A stretch of DNA of 35,727 bases from contig JAFVQV010000009.1 in assembly GCA_017504645.1 (NCBI GenBank), forward strand, positions 1 through 35,727, written 5' to 3'. Both the position numbers and the translations under genes were made by a program. Positions within the stretch are counted from its first letter, which is position 1. Every line of letters begins with the position of its first letter. The DNA is from Clostridia bacterium (GTDB taxonomy: Bacteria; Bacillota; Clostridia; Oscillospirales; Acutalibacteraceae). Shown here piece after piece: positions 1 to 7,955 of the stretch. The notes beneath the pieces were generated by a model. It was not told where the DNA came from, made no database searches, and saw nothing but the letters and a program-made list of their open reading frames with translations.

Positions 1-628
1 CGTTGCCGATGCCGGCGGCGTTGGCGTCGTCGGTGTCGATGTGCATTTCCAGGCGGAACGCCTTATTGACACGCACCTGCACGTCGTAGAAGGTGGTGCG
101 GCGCTCACCGTTTACCTCGACGGTGACATACTCCCCATCTTTCAGGCCGAAAGCGGCGCCCTCCTCCTCACTCATGTGAATGTGGCGGTTGGCGATGATA
201 CAGCCTTCCTTCAAGGTGACTACGCCTTTGGGACCCACAATGGTGATGGGGGCCGAGCCGGCGATATCCCCCGATTCGCGCACCGGAGACTTCACTTTCA
301 GCACAAAGGAGTCGGTGCGGGAGATCTCTACCTGGGAATTTTTACGGACAGGACCCAGCACACGCACGCCCTCAATGGGACGCAGAGAGGGGCCGATAAT
401 GGTGAGCTGCTCCTTACAGGCGTACTGACCAGGCTGGGACAGATCCTTTAAGGGGGTCAGCTGATAGCCCTTACCGAACAGCGTTTCCACGTGCTCGGCG
501 GTCAGGTGGATGTGACGATTGGACACGCCCACGGGCACCGTATTATCGGCGGCGGCAGCGGTGACCCCGCCGCACTGCGCCATGACGCGGCTGACGATTT
601 CAGAAACCAATGCGGCATCGTATGCCAT
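1..628 (-). CDS. pduL: Phosphate propanoyltransferase PduL (partial; C-terminus lies beyond the window start)
   Basis: Absent from the ORF track because it runs off the edge. Minus-strand ATG at 628-626 is preceded by AAGGAG (637-642). Translation MAYDAALVSEIVSRVMAQCGGVTAAAADNTVPVGVSNRHIHL...IIANRHIHM shows the two NRHIH repeats typical of PduL, plus an N-terminal amphipathic helix. Confidence 0.9.
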   Translation of the reverse strand, partial: MAYDAALVSEIVSRVMAQCGGVTAAAADNTVPVGVSNRHIHLTAEHVETLFGKGYQLTPLKDLSQPGQYACKEQLTIIGPSLRPIEGVRVLGPVRKNSQVEISRTDSFVLKVKSPVRESGDIAGSAPITIVGPKGVVTLKEGCIIANRHIHMSEEEGAAFGLKDGEYVTVEVNGERRTTFYDVQVRVNKAFRLEMHIDTDDANAAGIGN

Positions 629-642
629 GGTAAACACTCCTT

Positions 643-2085
643 TTAAATAATGCGGAAGCTGTCCGCCATCACGCAGCGGCGCTGACGGGTAAAGCTGCGG
701 GCAGAGGTGATACCCTCACCCGTGGGACCCGCAATGGTAAAGGTGGCGTGACCCTCGCCGCCAAAGCCGATGCCCGCGTAGGACGGGGCGTTTTTGACAA
801 AAATGGTGGTCTCCACCGCACGGGCAAAGCGGGACAGGTGGTCGATGTTCTTGGAATGCATGTGAGCGGTGTGGCGGTTACCGTGCTCCGCTTTCACCGC
901 CAAGTCAATGGCCTGATCGATGTTATCCACCCGCACGATGGGCAAAATGGGCATCATCAGCTCCTCCTGCACAAAGGGATGGTTGAAATCGGTCTCGCAG
1001 ATGATGCAGCGAATGTCCTTGCTGACCTTGACGCCGATCTTAGCCAACAGCACGTCAGCATCGCGGCCCACGCAATCGCGGTTGACGATCTTGCGGACGT
1101 TGCCTTTTTTATCGGTCTTTTCCACCAGCACAATCTGTGCCAGTTTATCGGCCTGCTGTGCGTCAATGAGGTAAGCGCCGTTTTTCAGCATGACGGAGAT
1201 CAGCTCGTCCGCGATGTTGCGGAATGCAAACACCTCTTTTTCCGCGATACAGGGCAGGTTATTATCAAAGGTGCAGCCGTCGATGATATCTTTACCCGCT
1301 TTGGCGATGTCGGCGGTATCGTCCACGATGACAGGGGGGTTGCCCGCGCCTGCACCGATGGCCTTCTTACCGGAGGACAGCACCGCCCGTACCACGCCGG
1401 GGCCGCCGGTGCATACCAGCAAACGGATCAGCGGATGAGATTGCATAATGGCGGCAGAATCCAAGGTGGGCTTTACCATGGAGCACACCAGCACGTCGGG
1501 GCCGCCCGCGGCTTTACAGGCGCGGTTGACCAGATCCACCGCGTAGTTGGAGGTGGCGATGGCGTTGGGATGGGGGTTAAACACCACACCGTTGCCCGCA
1601 GCGATCATGCCGATGCTGTTGCAGATAACGGTCTCGCTGGGGTTGGTGCTGGGGGTGATGGCACCCACCACGCCGAACGGAGCCATTTCCACCAAGGTCA
1701 GGCCGTTATCGCCCGTGCGGGCGTTGGATACGATATCCTCGGTGCCGGGAGTCTTATCCGCCACCAAAATGTGCTTCAGCCGCTTATGCTCCACGCGACC
1801 CATACCCGTTTCCGCGACGCCCAGTTGCGCCATGGTGGGCGCCTCTGCGCGGGTGAGACGGCGGATCTCGGTGATAATGGCTTCCCGCTGCTCCACCGAC
1901 ATGGCGCGTACCGCGCGATAGCCCGCATCGGCAGCCTTAATGGCCTCGTTCATATCGTCGTAAATACCGACGAATTTACGGGAGCCGTAATGGGTGCTAT
2001 CCCAATCAGCGGCGGCAGGTGCCTGCATTTTACCCAAAACCTGACTGACGACCTCGCGGATCTCAGCCTCGGACAGATTTGCCAT
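643..2085 (-). CDS. pduP: CoA-acylating (propion)aldehyde dehydrogenase, PduP/EutE family, with N-terminal encapsulation peptide
   Basis: 480 aa. Has the FDNNLPCIAEKE catalytic-Cys motif and an aldehyde dehydrogenase fold. N-terminus LSEAEIREVVSQVLGKM is followed by an Ala/Pro linker. RBS AAGGAGTG lies 6 nt upstream. Confidence 0.92.
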   Translation of the reverse strand: MANLSEAEIREVVSQVLGKMQAPAAADWDSTHYGSRKFVGIYDDMNEAIKAADAGYRAVRAMSVEQREAIITEIRRLTRAEAPTMAQLGVAETGMGRVEHKRLKHILVADKTPGTEDIVSNARTGDNGLTLVEMAPFGVVGAITPSTNPSETVICNSIGMIAAGNGVVFNPHPNAIATSNYAVDLVNRACKAAGGPDVLVCSMVKPTLDSAAIMQSHPLIRLLVCTGGPGVVRAVLSSGKKAIGAGAGNPPVIVDDTADIAKAGKDIIDGCTFDNNLPCIAEKEVFAFRNIADELISVMLKNGAYLIDAQQADKLAQIVLVEKTDKKGNVRKIVNRDCVGRDADVLLAKIGVKVSKDIRCIICETDFNHPFVQEELMMPILPIVRVDNIDQAIDLAVKAEHGNRHTAHMHSKNIDHLSRFARAVETTIFVKNAPSYAGIGFGGEGHATFTIAGPTGEGITSARSFTRQRRCVMADSFRII

Positions 2086-2104
2086 GGTAAGTCACTCCTT
2101 GTAC

Positions 2105-2863
2105 TTAGTAAACAAGCTCTACATTCTTATCTTTAAGATACTCCATCCAGCGTTCGGAAGGCGGGGCATCGGTGACGACGGTATCCATCTCGCCGATATC
2201 ACATACGCGGACGAAAGCAATGCGATCAAACTTCGTGCTGTCCACCGCCAACACCTTGCGCTGGGCGGCGGCAAAGATCGCCTGCTTGATCTCCGCTTCC
2301 TTTTCGTCGGAATCGGTGATGCCGGTGGTCATGTCGATGCCCTTGGAGGAGCACACCGCCAGATCCACGTGGAAATCGCGGATCATGCGTTCGGCGGAGG
2401 AGCCGATCAGCGACAGGGCGCCCTTTTTCAGCGAACCGCCGGTGGAAAGCACCCGCCAATCATCCTTATCTGCCAGTTCCAGTAAAATTTCCACGGAATT
2501 GGTGATGAGAGTGATATTTTTGAGATGTTTAATATATTTGGTTACGAAAATGGCGGTGGAGCTGGCATCCAGCATGATGTAATCCCCGTCGTGGATCATA
2601 TCCGCGATCTTTTCGGCGATATGCTGTTTCAGTTCCACATTGACGCGCTTACGCACGTGATAGGGCAGGTCGGTGTTCAAGCTTTTGTTGACGACCGCGC
2701 CGCCGTAGGTTTTTTTCGCCAAGCCCTCTTGATCCAGCTTTTCCAAGTCACGACGGATGGTCTCTTCCGTGACGTCAAATTCACGGCTAAGGTCCGAGAC
2801 AATGACCTTTCCCTCGGCAGACAGCCGAGCCAGGATCGCGTTGCGCCGTTCAATGGCGAGCAT
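2105..2863 (-). CDS. DeoR/GlpR-family transcriptional regulator
   Basis: 252 aa. N-terminal HTH ERRNAILARLSAEGKVIVSDLSREFDVTEETIRRDLEKL plus a C-terminal DeoR sugar-phosphate sensor domain. Co-directional, with gaps of only 14 and 19 nt to its neighbours. Confidence 0.9.
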   Translation of the reverse strand: MLAIERRNAILARLSAEGKVIVSDLSREFDVTEETIRRDLEKLDQEGLAKKTYGGAVVNKSLNTDLPYHVRKRVNVELKQHIAEKIADMIHDGDYIMLDASSTAIFVTKYIKHLKNITLITNSVEILLELADKDDWRVLSTGGSLKKGALSLIGSSAERMIRDFHVDLAVCSSKGIDMTTGITDSDEKEAEIKQAIFAAAQRKVLAVDSTKFDRIAFVRVCDIGEMDTVVTDAPPSERWMEYLKDKNVELVY

Positions 2864-2877
2864 ACAGTCACAACCTT

Positions 2878-3429
2878 TTACAGAATATTCTGCCAGAGTT
2901 TTTGGTCGGGGTGAGGAATGACCGCGCTGTCGAGGAACATGCCGTATTCGCCCGCACCTGTTTTGGCCTTATCAATGGCCGCCTGCACCGCGGCGATCTC
3001 GCCGGTGAGCAACAGGTAGGATTTTCCGCACATGCCGCGAGCCAAGCGCAGCTCAATGAGGTCTACCAGCGCGGTCTTAGCAGCGGTATCCGCCGCGACG
3101 ATGGCGGCAGAGGCGGAAAAGGTCTCCAGCACGCCCAAGGCGTTGGGAGAACCGATCTCTGAGGAACCGTACAACGCGCTGAAAATAGAATCGTGGGGGT
3201 TGCCCAGCACAAAGCTGTCGATCAGTTGTTCGGGATCTGCTACCGCAGCGGCTTCCACCGAAGCCTTGACAGCACTCAGGTCACCGCTGATCAGCACCAA
3301 AAATTTGCCGGGGCAAACGGTATCGGCCTGCAGTAGGTCTACCTCGGCGGTCTTGACCATGCGGTCAGCCGCCCGCATACCGGAGGAAACCGTTTTATAT
3401 TCCACCATACCGATGGCTTTTTTCATCAT
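2878..3429 (-). CDS. pduT: Tandem-BMC-domain shell protein (BMC-T), PduT-like
   Basis: 183 aa, alignable by eye over its full length to Salmonella PduT. The conserved TVCPGKF motif is present (Cys39 codon 3313-3315), matching the PduT 4Fe-4S pore ligand. RBS AGGAGG. Confidence 0.9.
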   Translation of the reverse strand: MMKKAIGMVEYKTVSSGMRAADRMVKTAEVDLLQADTVCPGKFLVLISGDLSAVKASVEAAAVADPEQLIDSFVLGNPHDSIFSALYGSSEIGSPNALGVLETFSASAAIVAADTAAKTALVDLIELRLARGMCGKSYLLLTGEIAAVQAAIDKAKTGAGEYGMFLDSAVIPHPDQKLWQNIL

Positions 3430-3441
3430 TCAGTTCCTCCT

Positions 3442-4767
3442 TTACTTCGTAATGGTGATGACACGGTCGGTCACATCGGATACCGTGCCGCTCATGGGAG
3501 CGTGGATGGCAACGCTCAGGGCGTTCTCCGCCGCGTGAGCAATAAGCTGACCCGCTTCTACCCGATCGCCCTTAGCCACGGCGGGGACCGCCGGTGCACC
3601 GATGTGCTGAGAAAGCAACACACGCAGGCGCTGAGGTTCGGGGATGGTATCACTGACGGGGGCCGATTTGTTATAGACGTCCAATCCCAGTCGGGAACGC
3701 AGACGGGACAGGGGGATCATGCGATAATCGCGGGCCCCATCCACGCCGCGCATAGGCGGATTGGCGGGGGGCTTGAGTCCGTGCTGACGCAGGCCGTTTT
3801 TGCAGTCGGTCAACAGCGAACGGGGTGACAAGCCTTGGCCGCAGGAATACAGCTCGCACAACCCGCAGGATGAACAGAACATGGCATTCACATACGGGGT
3901 GGCGTCGTTGGTGATACCGTTGGATGCCGCATACATAAAGGCGCTGGGGTCAATGGGATGTCCCAACAAATGACGGGGACACAGCGAGGTGCAGTAGCTG
4001 CACTGGCAGCAAGCCGCCATGGCGCGCTTCATATCCACCGTGGTTTTGCTGAGCTTTTTCTGCACCAACGGCAGGTTCTTGGGAAGGACCAGCACGGCGT
4101 TGGTGGTTTTGGTCACTACCTCGGCGGTAGAGCCGATGCGTCCCATCATGGGGCCGCCCAACACATAGGCGGGATCATCGATGGTGACACCGCCCGCCTG
4201 TTCCAGCAGCTGCGCCACGGTCATGCCCAACGGCGCATACACGGTGACGGGAGAAGCAACCTCGCCCGTGACGGTCACGTACTTATGGGTGACCGGCAAG
4301 CCCTGCATGGCACGGTAAATGTTATACACCGTTTCCACGTTAAGGACGGTGACTCCCACCGACAGCGGGATGGCACCGGCAGGAACCACGCGGCCGGTGG
4401 CCTGATAGGTCAGCACCACTTCGTCGCCGGCGGGGTATACCTCGGGCAGTTTACACAATTTCATATTTTCAAAGGAGTCCAGCTCCGCGGTGACGGCTTC
4501 CACGGTTCGTTTATACGAACCCTTGACGCCGATGTACACGGTCTTGGCTTCCACTGCTTTCGCAAGTAAATCCAGCGTGCTGAGGATCTCATGGGTATAC
4601 ATTTTCAGCACCTGGCGATGCAGACGGAGCAACGGCTCACATTCCGCACAGTTTAAAATCAGGGTATCGGCGCGTTTGTCCAGCTTGGCGTAGGTGGGAA
4701 ATCCCGCTCCGCCCGCGCCGACGATCCCGTAGTCGCGCAATAACGCTTTGAATTCTTCGATGTTCAT
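3442..4767 (-). CDS. pduS: PduS-like RnfC/NuoF-type flavin and Fe-S oxidoreductase
   Basis: 441 aa. N-terminus GIVGAGGAGFPTYAKL (RnfC/PduS nucleotide site). Two ferredoxin motifs, CCQCSYCTSLCP and CSSCGLCELYSC. ATGA overlap with the upstream BMC-P stop. Confidence 0.88.
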   Translation of the reverse strand: MNIEEFKALLRDYGIVGAGGAGFPTYAKLDKRADTLILNCAECEPLLRLHRQVLKMYTHEILSTLDLLAKAVEAKTVYIGVKGSYKRTVEAVTAELDSFENMKLCKLPEVYPAGDEVVLTYQATGRVVPAGAIPLSVGVTVLNVETVYNIYRAMQGLPVTHKYVTVTGEVASPVTVYAPLGMTVAQLLEQAGGVTIDDPAYVLGGPMMGRIGSTAEVVTKTTNAVLVLPKNLPLVQKKLSKTTVDMKRAMAACCQCSYCTSLCPRHLLGHPIDPSAFMYAASNGITNDATPYVNAMFCSSCGLCELYSCGQGLSPRSLLTDCKNGLRQHGLKPPANPPMRGVDGARDYRMIPLSRLRSRLGLDVYNKSAPVSDTIPEPQRLRVLLSQHIGAPAVPAVAKGDRVEAGQLIAHAAENALSVAIHAPMSGTVSDVTDRVITITK

Positions 4768-5045
4768 GAATGGATCACTCCGGCAAGTCCGGTACCGCTG
4801 TCAACAATGCCGACGATGGCCGCATCCACAGGGGAATCCGCCATACCGCAGCCGATACGGGCGGCACTTCCGGTGGCTACCAGTACGATCTCGCCGATAC
4901 CGGCACCCACATTGTCTACGGCGACGATCTTCGCGGAAGGATCGCCCAAATCGGCAATGGGCTCCACTACCATGAATTTACTGCCGATCAGATTTTCGTT
5001 TTTTCTTGTGGAAACAACGCTTCCCACAACTTTTCCGACGATCAT
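4764..5045 (-). CDS. pduN: BMC vertex pentamer protein (BMC-P; EutN/PduN/CcmL family)
   Basis: MIVGKVVGSVVSTRKNENLIGSKFMVVEP matches the EutN/CcmL N-terminus. The ORF track starts at GTG 5054. I prefer ATG 5045, which has AGGTGA 5 nt upstream and matches family N-termini. Confidence 0.88.
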   Translation of the reverse strand: MIVGKVVGSVVSTRKNENLIGSKFMVVEPIADLGDPSAKIVAVDNVGAGIGEIVLVATGSAARIGCGMADSPVDAAIVGIVDSGTGLAGVIHS

Positions 5046-5090
5046 CGTCTTCACCTGTTCTTTCGTGAGTTTTTTAAAGGGGCGTCAACT

Positions 5091-5117
5091 GCGGGGAGGC
5101 AGGGATTGCCTCCCCGC
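5091..5117 (-). other. Intercistronic GC-rich stem-loop between the last BMC-H gene and the BMC-P gene
   Basis: Perfect 10-bp stem, gcggggaggc (5091-5100) with gcctccccgc (5108-5117), and a 7-nt loop. No U-tract follows on the coding (minus) strand, so it is not a canonical intrinsic terminator. Confidence 0.6.
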
Positions 5118-5135
5118 TACGCTGACTTCATGCTC

Positions 5136-5414
5136 TTACTTCAACGTGGGAAGGATCTTCTCCACATCGTCGTGAGGACGCGGGATCACATGAGTAGCGA
5201 TCACTTCGCCCAGACGAGAAGCGGACGTAGAACCGGCTTCCACAGCGGATTTCACCGCGCCGACGTCACCGCGCACCATGACGGACACCAAACCGGAACC
5301 GATCTTCTCGGTGCCGATGAGCTGTACGTTGGCGGCTTTGACCATCGCGTCAGCGGCTTCGATGGCGGCGACCAGACCTCTGGTCTCGACCATGCCCAAT
5401 GCTTCCAATGCCAT
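5136..5414 (-). CDS. BMC-H hexamer shell protein (PduA/PduJ/EutM-like)
   Basis: 92 aa. [55 protein letters not shown] is a canonical Pfam00936-type sequence with a KIGSGL pore loop. RBS AGGAGGA. Confidence 0.93.
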   Translation of the reverse strand: MALEALGMVETRGLVAAIEAADAMVKAANVQLIGTEKIGSGLVSVMVRGDVGAVKSAVEAGSTSASRLGEVIATHVIPRPHDDVEKILPTLK

Positions 5415-5451
5415 TGTTGTTTCCTCCTTAGATTTTACTTAATTGATGAAC

Positions 5452-5730
5452 TTATTTCAGAGTGGGAAGGATCTTCTCCACATCGCCGTGGGGACGCGGG
5501 ATCACGTGAGTAGCGATCAGCTCGCCCAGACGGGACGCGGACGTAGAGCCGGCTTCCACAGCGGATTTCACCGCGCCGACGTCACCGCGCACCATGACGG
5601 ACACCAAACCGGAACCGATCTTCTCGGTGCCGATGAGCTGCACGTTGGCGGCTTTGACCATCGCGTCAGCGGCTTCGATGGCGGCGACCAGACCTCTGGT
5701 CTCAACCATGCCCAATGCTTCCAATGCCAT
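5452..5730 (-). CDS. BMC-H hexamer shell protein, near-identical paralog of 5136-5414 (alternative upstream start at 5805)
   Basis: The core differs from the neighbouring paralog at 2 residues. A strong AAGGAGGT sits 7 nt upstream of ATG 5730. The ORF track start at 5805 would add the 25 aa [25 protein letters not shown] and makes an ATGA overlap with the upstream gene. Confidence 0.85.
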   Translation of the reverse strand: MALEALGMVETRGLVAAIEAADAMVKAANVQLIGTEKIGSGLVSVMVRGDVGAVKSAVEAGSTSASRLGELIATHVIPRPHGDVEKILPTLK

Positions 5731-5801
5731 TTTTCTTACCTCCTTTTCAGGTGCGGGTTTGACGGCCTCGGGGGCCGGAGTAACGGGAGTTTTTTCGTCT
5801 G

Positions 5802-6104
5802 TCATGACGGATTACCTGCCTTTTTCAGTATACGGGAGGCGCTGAGCTGAGCCATACGCACCGTTTCCTCGTGGGGACTGGCAATGACGGCGTGGGCGCA
5901 GGGTTTCACGATGCCACCCGCTACCGCGTTTTCTACGGCGGCGGTGACGGCGGAAATGTCACCCTGCACGATTACCGTGACCAAACGGCCACCCAGCTTT
6001 CGCTCCCATGTGACAAATTCCACGTCCGCGGATTTGCACATGATATCCAGACAATCGACGGCGCCGGTCACGCCGGACACCTCTATCAGTCCTAATGACT
6101 TCAT
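5802..6104 (-). CDS. Divergent BMC-H shell protein
   Basis: 100 aa. [30 protein letters not shown]...[18 protein letters not shown] has the BMC domain pattern, but the pore loop is KLGGRL instead of KIGSGL. A C-terminal tail is present. RBS AGGAG. Confidence 0.8.
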   Translation of the reverse strand: MKSLGLIEVSGVTGAVDCLDIMCKSADVEFVTWERKLGGRLVTVIVQGDISAVTAAVENAVAGGIVKPCAHAVIASPHEETVRMAQLSASRILKKAGNPS

Positions 6105-6120
6105 CCTCAGTAGCTCCTAC

Positions 6121-6396
6121 TTAGAATTTGGGAAGGATCTTCTCCACATCGTCGTGGGGACGGGGGATCACATGAACGGCGATCAGCTCGCCCAGACGAG
6201 AGGCGGTGTTGGAGCCGGCTTCCACAGCGGCTTTCACGGCGCCTACATCGCCGCGAACCATGACGGATACCAAGCCGGAGCCGATCTTTTCGGTGCCGAT
6301 CAGGGTGACCTCGGCGGCTTTGACCATGGAATCAGCGGCTTCGATGGCGGCGGTCAGGCCGCGGGTTTCGATCATACCGAGAGCTTCTTTTGACAT
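6121..6396 (-). CDS. BMC-H hexamer shell protein (PduA/PduJ-like)
   Basis: 91 aa. [64 protein letters not shown]. Confidence 0.93.
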   Translation of the reverse strand: MSKEALGMIETRGLTAAIEAADSMVKAAEVTLIGTEKIGSGLVSVMVRGDVGAVKAAVEAGSNTASRLGELIAVHVIPRPHDDVEKILPKF

Positions 6397-6420
6397 TGGG
6401 GATTCCTCCTAAATATGTTT

Positions 6421-6735
6421 TTAATTTTTATCAAACGCGTTCAGCTTCAGCATGGGCTCCGTATCGGGCTCCGTGCTGGTAAGGATATGCGAGGTGACAA
6501 CGCCGGAGACCTGCTCCGCGGCCAGTTTTGCCGCTTCCACAGCGGCTTCCACATCCGCCACATTGCCGCGGAATTTTACCGCGACGATCAGCGGAACGGT
6601 GAGCTGGTCGGGGTTGCCGGGCTTGTTCTTGTCGAAGTTCTCCACGGTGACGTTGGCAGCCTTACAGCCCGCGTCACACGCGACGAACGCCGCAACCAAT
6701 CCGTATACCTCTACAATACCGGTGGCTTTTCCCAT
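6421..6735 (-). CDS. Atypical BMC-domain shell protein with enlarged pore loop
   Basis: 104 aa. GIVEVYGLVAAFVACDAGCKAANV...RGNVADVEAAVEAA keeps the BMC-H anchors, but the segment between ANV and RGNV is 26 aa, against 17 aa in the canonical paralogs. RBS GGGGAGAG. Confidence 0.75.
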   Translation of the reverse strand: MGKATGIVEVYGLVAAFVACDAGCKAANVTVENFDKNKPGNPDQLTVPLIVAVKFRGNVADVEAAVEAAKLAAEQVSGVVTSHILTSTEPDTEPMLKLNAFDKN

Positions 6736-6752
6736 GTATGTTCTCTCCCCGC

Positions 6753-7955
6753 TTATTTATTGACGATGGCGATCTTGAGGCCTTCCATCTTCAGGTTGAC
6801 CTGCAGCGCCTCGTTGATCTGTTCCAGCGGGAACTTATGGGTGATGAGTTTTTCCAGAGGCAAGCCGATGCCCTTGGCACGCTTGAGGAAATCAAAGGTG
6901 GTGGCGTAATCACGCAGGGTGTATACCCACGAGCCCACGGTGGTGATCTCCTTGGAGCAGATGTCGAAGTGGGGGTTGATGGTGGCATCGCCGCCGTTGA
7001 TGAAGAAGCCCAGCTCGCACAAGCCGCCACCGTTGCGGATGAATTTGTAAATGTTGCTGTGGGCCACAGGGGAGCCGGTGCACTGGAACGCGAAGTCCGC
7101 CAAATAGCCGCCGAAGGCGTTCTCTACGGCACCCGTCAGTGCTTCGATGCCCTTGTGATCCTTGAAGTTGACCACCTGAGTAGCACCCATCTGACGTGCG
7201 AATTCCAGGCGCTTGGCCTCGCCGTCCACGGCAACGATATTCTCGATGCCCATGGTGCGCAGGATGGCGATGCAGATCAGACCGATGGGGCCGCAGCCCT
7301 GTACCACCACGCGGCTGTTAAACCGCAGGATACCGGTGGTCTTGGCACGCTCGACCGCGTGAATGAGCACCGCGCAGGGCTCGATCAGGATGCGGGAATC
7401 CAGATCCAGATCGCTGACGTTGAACACCGTGGAGCCGCCGCGTACCAAAATGTAATCGCTGAACCAGCCGTTCAGGTGCACATCGTCGTCCGGCAGCAGA
7501 CCGTATACGTCCGCGCCACCCACGTTCTGCTTATTCAAGTCGAACATGGTGATGTCGGGGTTATCCTTGAAGATCATGCAGGTAACCACCTTATCGCCGA
7601 TGGCGAGGGGCTTGCCTGCGCTGTCTTTTTTCACATTTTTACCCATTTTGACGATCTCGCCCGTGCCCTCGTGACCCAGTGCCACGGGGATCAGGCCGAA
7701 GGGATCGCGCTTAAACTCATGCGCGTCGGTACCGCACACGCCGCAGCCCTCCACCTTGACCAGGATATCGTCATCGCCCACTGTCGGCATGGGATATTCT
7801 TTAATTTCGAATTTCTCCAGTGCCGTCAGCATGGCTACATGGGCGGTAGAAGGAACATTGCGGCTGCCACCGGAGGCCGCCGGAGCAGCGGTGCCCTTCA
7901 TGCCGTCCAGTACTTGCCGGACGATCTCTTCAATGTTGGAAGAGTTGATTTCCAT
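6753..7955 (-). CDS. Zinc-dependent medium-chain alcohol dehydrogenase with N-terminal encapsulation peptide
   Basis: 400 aa. Has GCGVCGTD and GHEGTGEIV Zn-ligand motifs and a GCGPIG Rossmann motif. An N-terminal extension SSNIEEIVRQVLDGM plus Ala/Pro/Gly linker precedes the catalytic domain. TAATG overlap with the upstream gene. Confidence 0.9.
   Translation of the reverse strand: MEINSSNIEEIVRQVLDGMKGTAAPAASGGSRNVPSTAHVAMLTALEKFEIKEYPMPTVGDDDILVKVEGCGVCGTDAHEFKRDPFGLIPVALGHEGTGEIVKMGKNVKKDSAGKPLAIGDKVVTCMIFKDNPDITMFDLNKQNVGGADVYGLLPDDDVHLNGWFSDYILVRGGSTVFNVSDLDLDSRILIEPCAVLIHAVERAKTTGILRFNSRVVVQGCGPIGLICIAILRTMGIENIVAVDGEAKRLEFARQMGATQVVNFKDHKGIEALTGAVENAFGGYLADFAFQCTGSPVAHSNIYKFIRNGGGLCELGFFINGGDATINPHFDICSKEITTVGSWVYTLRDYATTFDFLKRAKGIGLPLEKLITHKFPLEQINEALQVNLKMEGLKIAIVNK

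Larger units (their letters stand above)
5136..5730 (-). repeat. Tandem duplication of a 279-nt BMC-H gene
   Basis: By manual alignment, 5136-5414 and 5452-5730 differ at about 13 of 279 positions. Only 2 differences fall in the roughly 180 nt that encode the N-terminal part. Confidence 0.85.

Noticed and set aside
41-451. 136-aa plus-strand ORF at the window start
   Set aside because: It is antisense to the partial pduL gene, whose minus-strand translation shows the clear NRHIH repeats.
748-2136. 462-aa ORF on the plus strand
   Set aside because: It is entirely antisense to the well-supported aldehyde dehydrogenase gene. It has a Gly/Ala/His/Arg/Val-rich low-information composition and no RBS. 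This is a typical shadow ORF of GC-rich DNA.
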